Origin: Gammaproteobacteria bacterium
GTDB taxonomy: Bacteria; Pseudomonadota; Gammaproteobacteria; JBCCGL01
NCBI GenBank assembly: GCA_965277715.1
Contig: OZ255836.1
Coordinates: forward strand, 352,001 to 416,000
Length of the DNA: 64,000 nucleotides
Reading direction: 5' to 3'
A model generated the notes under the pieces. It made no database searches and was not told where the DNA came from. It worked only from the letters and a program-made list of their open reading frames with translations. Position 1 is the first letter of the stretch; the number at the start of each line of letters is the position of its first letter. A program made the position numbers and the translations under genes. Shown piece by piece: positions 57,634 through 64,000 of this stretch.

Positions 57634-57948
57634 ATGTCTAAATACATTTTTATTTACCACGGCGGTAAAATGCCAGAAACGCCAGAAGAGGGCGCCCGCG
57701 TAATGGCCGACTGGATGTCCTGGTTGGCTGGAATGGGCGATGCCGTCGTTGACAGTGGCAACCCGGTAGGCCCGTCATCGACAGTACAGAGTGATGGCCT
57801 AATAACGAGGGATGGCGGTTCTAATCCAGTAAGCGGCTACAGCCTGGTAACTGCTGATAGTATGGAGCAGGCGTTGAATATGGCAAAAGGCTGCCCTATC
57901 CTGAAAATGGAGGGGACAGTGGAAGTTGCTGTGACTATTGACATATAA
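57634..57948 (+). CDS. YciI-like protein
   Basis: AGGAGG RBS; W..W...MG..VVD.GNP, SGYSLV.A.S and A.GCP.L...G.VEV. Confidence 0.7.
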   Translation: MSKYIFIYHGGKMPETPEEGARVMADWMSWLAGMGDAVVDSGNPVGPSSTVQSDGLITRDGGSNPVSGYSLVTADSMEQALNMAKGCPILKMEGTVEVAVTIDI

Positions 57949-58032
57949 ATGGCAATACGAAACTGATTTTCCCCACAAGCGCTGGAAATTGGATATACAT
58001 AGCGGATGATTGGGCGGGTAACGGTGCTATAA

Positions 58033-59346
<1,314 letters not shown>

Positions 59347-59401
59347 TCACGATACCTATCCACTTCCCGGTAACTAAAATTTCCAATTTCCTGAGGTAAG
59401 C

Positions 59402-60859
59402 ATGCAATTAAATGATAGCCAACTACTCAAACAACAAGCCTACATTAACGGTGAATGGGTAGATGCAGCAAACGGCGACAGCGTCGAAATCCTCAATCCG
59501 GCAACGGCTGAGGTTGTGGGCCGGGTGCCGAATATGGGCGCACAGGAAACGCGTGCAGCAATAGAAGCGGCGGACAGGGCATTTGCCAAGTGGCGTGATG
59601 TACCGGCAAAAAGCCGTGCGGCCACTATGAAAAAGTGGTTTGAATTGATTCTGGAAAATCGGGAAGACCTTGCGGTAATTATGACAGCCGAGCAGGGCAA
59701 ACCACTCGCGGAGGCGCGTGGTGAGGTGGTCTATGGTGCCTCATTTGTCGAATGGTTTGCCGAGGAGGGCAAGCGTGTGTACGGGGAGACTATTCCCTCG
59801 CACATGAATGACCGGCGCATTTTTGCATTGAAGCAACCCGTGGGCGTCAGCGCGGCGATTACCCCGTGGAATTTCCCCAATGCCATGATTACCCGCAAAT
59901 GTGCGCCTGCACTGGCAGCGGGCTGTACCTCCGTGATTAAACCCGCGCCACAAACGCCATTCTCTGCCTTGGCACTGGCTGAACTGGCGCACCGGGCCGG
60001 TATTCCCGCCGGGGTGTTCAGTGTTGTCACGGGAGATGCCGTGGCGATTGGTGGCGAAATGACCGGCAATAAAACTGTGCGCAAATTGTCGTTTACCGGT
60101 TCCACAGCGGTGGGCAAATTGTTGTTGGCACAATGTGCTGATACTGTGAAAAAAGTCTCGATGGAATTGGGCGGTCATGCGCCGTTTATCGTTTTCGACG
60201 ACGCGGATATCGACGCGGCGGTAACCGGCGCAATCGCCTGTAAATACCGGGCCAGCGGTCAAACCTGTGTGTGTGCAAACCGCCTGTATGTACACGATAA
60301 CGTCTACGACGAATTCGTGGAAAAATTTGCCCGCGCATCCTCGGCACTCAGCGTGGGTAACGGCACAGCGGATGGAACCGACTTAGGGCCATTGATTAAT
60401 GCCGCCGCCATTGCAAAAGTCGAGGATCAGGTGGCCGATGCCAAGGCAAAAGGTGCTGCGGTATTGACCGGGGGGGAAAGGCATGAACTGGGTGGTAACT
60501 TCTATTTACCGACTGTCCTGACTAATGTCACTGACGACATGAAAATCACCTATGAAGAAACCTTTGGCCCGGTGGCGCCGGTTATGCGCTTCAACGATGA
60601 AGCCGATGTGATCGCACGGGCGAACAGTACCGATTACGGTCTCGCCGCGTATTTATTTACCCGTGATGTGGGGCGCTTATTCCGTGTTTCCGAGGCACTG
60701 GACTTTGGTATCGTCGGAGTAAATGCAGGTGTTGTGTCGTCTGAATACGTACCGTTCGGCGGGGTCAAACAATCGGGCATTGGCCGTGAAGGTTCACACT
60801 ACGGCATTGAGGAATATGTTGAAGTGAAATATTTATGTGTCGCGGGCATCGATAAATAA
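59402..60859 (+). CDS. gabD: NAD(P)-dependent succinate-semialdehyde dehydrogenase
   Basis: ITPWNFP, SFTGST, MELGG, GQTCVC, EETFGP and PFGGVKQSG.GREG. Confidence 0.88.
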   Translation: MQLNDSQLLKQQAYINGEWVDAANGDSVEILNPATAEVVGRVPNMGAQETRAAIEAADRAFAKWRDVPAKSRAATMKKWFELILENREDLAVIMTAEQGKPLAEARGEVVYGASFVEWFAEEGKRVYGETIPSHMNDRRIFALKQPVGVSAAITPWNFPNAMITRKCAPALAAGCTSVIKPAPQTPFSALALAELAHRAGIPAGVFSVVTGDAVAIGGEMTGNKTVRKLSFTGSTAVGKLLLAQCADTVKKVSMELGGHAPFIVFDDADIDAAVTGAIACKYRASGQTCVCANRLYVHDNVYDEFVEKFARASSALSVGNGTADGTDLGPLINAAAIAKVEDQVADAKAKGAAVLTGGERHELGGNFYLPTVLTNVTDDMKITYEETFGPVAPVMRFNDEADVIARANSTDYGLAAYLFTRDVGRLFRVSEALDFGIVGVNAGVVSSEYVPFGGVKQSGIGREGSHYGIEEYVEVKYLCVAGIDK

Positions 60860-60929
60860 CGCAAGTTTCGGGTCGTCGGGCCACGGGGTCAGCCTGCATT
60901 ATACCGGTATGCCAATCGAGGGTGCCGAA

Positions 60930-61778
60930 ATGAATAACACTGATGATTATGCCCGCGTTGAACGGGCGTTAAATTTTCTCGCTCAACACTTCAAAGAACA
61001 ACCCACACTGGCCGAAATTGCCGCCAGTGTGCACCTCAGCGAATTTCACTTTCAGCGGTTGTTTACCCGTTGGGTAGGTATCAGCCCTAAAAAATTTCTG
61101 CAATACCTAACCCTCGACTACGCCAAACGGTGCCTGGCGAATGCACAAACAGTGCTCGATGCCAGCTATGCATCGGGTCTTTCCACCAGCTCACGGCTGC
61201 ACGATTTGTTTGTGCGCTATGAAGCTGTTTCGCCGGGTGAATACCGCCGTGGTGGCGCGGGTTTACTGATTCGCTACACCACGGTAGATACCTTGTTTGG
61301 CGCCTGCCTGTTAATGGCCACCGAGCGGGGTATATGCGCACTCGCATTTGTTGGTGATGATCCAAAAAATGACTTCGCCGAAATGGCAGCGCGCTGGCCT
61401 GCGGCGGAGTTTATTCACGATACAGAATTTACAGCGGCTTACGCGCATACCTTTTCGACAATAGGGCGCTCGACAGAACAGAGTAAAAGCGAAATTGTAC
61501 TGAACCTCTACGGCACCCCTTTTCAATTGCAAGTGTGGGAAGCACTGCTGCGGATTCCCGATGGGCAGCGGGTTACCTACCAACAAATCGCCGGGGCCAT
61601 TGGTTCACCCAAAGCAGCGCGTGCCGTTGGTACAGCAGTGGCGAAAAACCCCCTCTGTTGGTTAGTGCCCTGTCACCGGGTAATACGGAGCAACGGTATG
61701 CTGGGTGGGTATCACTGGGGCGAGGCGAGAAAACTGGCAATGTTGGGGTGGGAGTCGGCGGTGTGTGGTGAAAGGTAA
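60930..61778 (+). CDS. ada: AraC-HTH / O6-methylguanine-DNA methyltransferase fusion (Ada-like, without N-terminal Zn domain)
   Basis: HFQRLF..WVGISPK HTH, GTPFQ..VW and PCHRV active site. Confidence 0.85.
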   Translation: MNNTDDYARVERALNFLAQHFKEQPTLAEIAASVHLSEFHFQRLFTRWVGISPKKFLQYLTLDYAKRCLANAQTVLDASYASGLSTSSRLHDLFVRYEAVSPGEYRRGGAGLLIRYTTVDTLFGACLLMATERGICALAFVGDDPKNDFAEMAARWPAAEFIHDTEFTAAYAHTFSTIGRSTEQSKSEIVLNLYGTPFQLQVWEALLRIPDGQRVTYQQIAGAIGSPKAARAVGTAVAKNPLCWLVPCHRVIRSNGMLGGYHWGEARKLAMLGWESAVCGER

Positions 61779-61822
61779 AGGGCGGCTTTTTTATTTCACC
61801 CTTCACCCTTCTGCTTACCCTT

Positions 61823-62632
61823 TCACGCAAACGCCGTCCATACCGGGCAGTGATCAGAGGGTTTTTCCATTGCGCGCACATCGTAATCAATACCGGCATC
61901 GATTGCCCGTGCCAGCAGGCTGGGGGTCACCATAATATGATCGATTCGCAGCCCGCGTTTAGGGTCGCGGTCAAAGCCTTTACTGCGGTAGTCAAACCAG
62001 CTAAAAAGTGCCTGGCTGTCCGGGTATATATGGCGGTAGCTGTCTGTGAGGCTCCAATCGACCAGTTTTTGCATCCACGCCCGCTCCTCGGGCAGAAAAC
62101 ACGTCGCCCCATCGCGTAACCAGCGTTTGACATTGGCCTCACCGATACCAAGATCGGCATCCACTGGGGCAATATTAAAATCGCCGATCACCGCCAGGTC
62201 TTTACTGCAATCACAGCAATCATTCAAATAAGTCATCAGGTCGGCATAAAATTTTTCTTTTGCCGGAAACTTTACCGGATGACTGCGGTTCTCGCCCTGA
62301 GGGAAATAACCGTTGATTACCTTCAATAGACCGTGGTCGGTCTCGAAGTCTGCTGCAATCAAACGGCGCTGGGCCTCTTCGGTGTCCCCCGGAAACCCTT
62401 TTTGTACATTAACAGGCACCTGCCTGGACAACATGGCAACGCCGTAGTGCGTTTTTTGGCCAAAATAACTGGCGTGGTAGCCCATTTCCTTTAAAGCATC
62501 AACCGGAAACTCTTCATCCGTTACCTTGGTTTCCTGTATGCCGATAATATCCGGGCTATGGGTGTCTGTCAGTTTTTGCAATTGGTGCAGGCGCAAGCGG
62601 ATGCTATTGGTATTAAATGAGACAATTTTCAC
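61823..62632 (-). CDS. xthA: Exodeoxyribonuclease III
   Basis: SFN.NSIR.R, QETKV, YFPQG, GDFNI, GLRID and SDHCP. Confidence 0.95.
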   Translation of the reverse strand: MKIVSFNTNSIRLRLHQLQKLTDTHSPDIIGIQETKVTDEEFPVDALKEMGYHASYFGQKTHYGVAMLSRQVPVNVQKGFPGDTEEAQRRLIAADFETDHGLLKVINGYFPQGENRSHPVKFPAKEKFYADLMTYLNDCCDCSKDLAVIGDFNIAPVDADLGIGEANVKRWLRDGATCFLPEERAWMQKLVDWSLTDSYRHIYPDSQALFSWFDYRSKGFDRDPKRGLRIDHIMVTPSLLARAIDAGIDYDVRAMEKPSDHCPVWTAFA

Positions 62633-62755
62633 GGTCAGTGTCCGTTGTGTTAATGGTTAAATGGTGTGGCGTGCGCGCAGTTTACCCGATTGAGGATAAC
62701 TATTGGGTGGGTTTCAAATATAAGGCTTTCTACACTTATCTATTGGCCATGACTA

Positions 62756-62780
62756 ATACTTGACTAAAATAGTAGGTTAT
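62756..62780 (+). promoter_or_regulatory. Type 1 IscR binding site
   Basis: ATACTTGACTAAAATAGTAGGTTAT upstream of iscR resembles the type-1 consensus ATASYYGACT-n-AGTCRRSTAT. Confidence 0.75.
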
Positions 62781-62845
62781 GACAGTCTTGCCGCCCAGTT
62801 ACTTCCTCCGGCAATGACCGGCAGTAAAAACGTTCAAGGTGACAG

Positions 62846-63343
62846 ATGAAGCTGACAACGCGTGGGCGATATGCAGTAACAGCAATGCTGGATCTCGCTA
62901 TTCACACAAATGATGGGCCGGTGGCGTTGGCAGAAATTTCACAGCGCCAGCAGATTTCCCTGTCTTATCTTGAACAATTATTCGCCAATTTACGCAAAAG
63001 CGGCCTGGTTAAAAGTACCCGTGGCCCAGGTGGCGGGTATCACTTGATAGCGCCGGTCGACGAGGTTCCTGTCTCGGTTATTATCGATGCGGTGAATGAA
63101 ACAGTCGATGCGACAAATTGTGGTGGTATGCAAAACTGTCACAACCACAGCCGCTGTTTAACGCACGATTTGTGGGCGGGCCTGAGTGCACACATTGAAA
63201 CGTTTCTCAGTGGTGTGTCGCTGGGGGACCTGATCGACAAAAAGCCCCTGCAGTCAGTAACGTCGACGCTGAATGATAAACGCAATGATAAACAAGCCAC
63301 CCGGCCATCAATACAGAATGCTACCCATGTCATGGGTAATTAA
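62846..63343 (+). CDS. iscR: Fe-S cluster assembly regulator IscR
   Basis: MKLTTRGRYAVTAMLDLA, SLSYLEQLF, RGPGGGY and C-x5-C-x5-C-x2-H. Confidence 0.95.
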   Translation: MKLTTRGRYAVTAMLDLAIHTNDGPVALAEISQRQQISLSYLEQLFANLRKSGLVKSTRGPGGGYHLIAPVDEVPVSVIIDAVNETVDATNCGGMQNCHNHSRCLTHDLWAGLSAHIETFLSGVSLGDLIDKKPLQSVTSTLNDKRNDKQATRPSIQNATHVMGN

Positions 63344-63391
63344 CGATAAACCACTATAACCAACGCCTCTTTTTACACGCGAGTAAACACA

Positions 63392-64000
63392 GTGAAAGCC
63401 ACTATTAACCTACCTATCTATCTCGACTACTCGGCCACTACACCGGTCGACCAGCGAGTGGCAAAAATAATGACAGACTGTCTGACCCTGGAAGGTAACT
63501 TTGGCAACCCGGCATCGCGCTCACACCCTTTTGGCTGGCGGGCGGAAGAGGCGGTCGAACAGGCACGCCAACAGGTCGCCACAATGATTGGTGCCGATCC
63601 ACGCGAAATTGTCTGGACATCCGGGGCGACAGAATCGGATAACTTGGCGATCAAAGGCGCCGCCTATTTTAACCAAAAGAAAGGCAAACATATCATCACC
63701 ATGAAAACCGAGCACAAGGCGGTGCTGGACACCTGTCGCCACCTTGAGCGCGACGGTTTTGAGGTAAGCTACCTCGACCCCAAAGCAGACGGCCTGCTCG
63801 ATATGGATACATTTACCGCCGCACTGCGCGAGGACACCATCCTGGTGTCGATTATGCACGTCAACAACGAAATCGGTGTTATTCAGGATATCGAAGCCAT
63901 TGGTGCGATCACCCGCGCACGCAAAATATTGTTCCATGTCGATGCGGCGCAAAGCCCCGGCAAAGTGGCTATCGATGTCGACAAAATGAATGTGGACTTA
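63392..64000 (+). CDS. iscS: Cysteine desulfurase IscS (3'-partial, runs off the window)
   Basis: GTG start, then [38 protein letters not shown] and HVDAAQ. Missing from the ORF track because there is no stop codon in the window. Confidence 0.95.
   Translation, partial: MKATINLPIYLDYSATTPVDQRVAKIMTDCLTLEGNFGNPASRSHPFGWRAEEAVEQARQQVATMIGADPREIVWTSGATESDNLAIKGAAYFNQKKGKHIITMKTEHKAVLDTCRHLERDGFEVSYLDPKADGLLDMDTFTAALREDTILVSIMHVNNEIGVIQDIEAIGAITRARKILFHVDAAQSPGKVAIDVDKMNVDL

Overview
Gammaproteobacterial chromosome segment. Conserved housekeeping blocks (prmC-prfA-hemA, TPR-lolB-ispE-tRNA-Gln-prs-rplY-pth-ychF-tRNA-Met, rpsO-pnp-tadA, aat-trxB-ftsK-lolA-rarA-queG-crcB-serS-gabD-ada-xthA-iscR-iscS) alternate with three accessory regions. 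(1) 1-13.5 kb: an IS-rich island next to tRNA-Arg(CCT). It carries a signal-peptide-bearing 2666-aa SpvB/FG-GAP/RHS polymorphic toxin with two large predicted coiled-coil hairpin insertions, a Tae4-like peptidoglycan amidase tip, a non-Tai4 candidate immunity gene and an upstream membrane-anchored partner. (2) 24.2-30 kb: an islet after tRNA-Met with an ISAs1 remnant, a cadherin-repeat lipoprotein adhesin and a small secreted protein. Both end in DUF1566 domains whose last ~135 bp vary like targets of a diversity-generating retroelement (DGR), but no RT or template repeat is visible here. (3) 33-48 kb: a cluster for a methylated amine/sulfonate-type substrate (MttB-family, DMGDH/GcvT-family, SET, CuyA-like lyase, betaine ABC transporter, PhyH, desaturase). 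All family assignments come from recognising motifs by eye; no searches were run.
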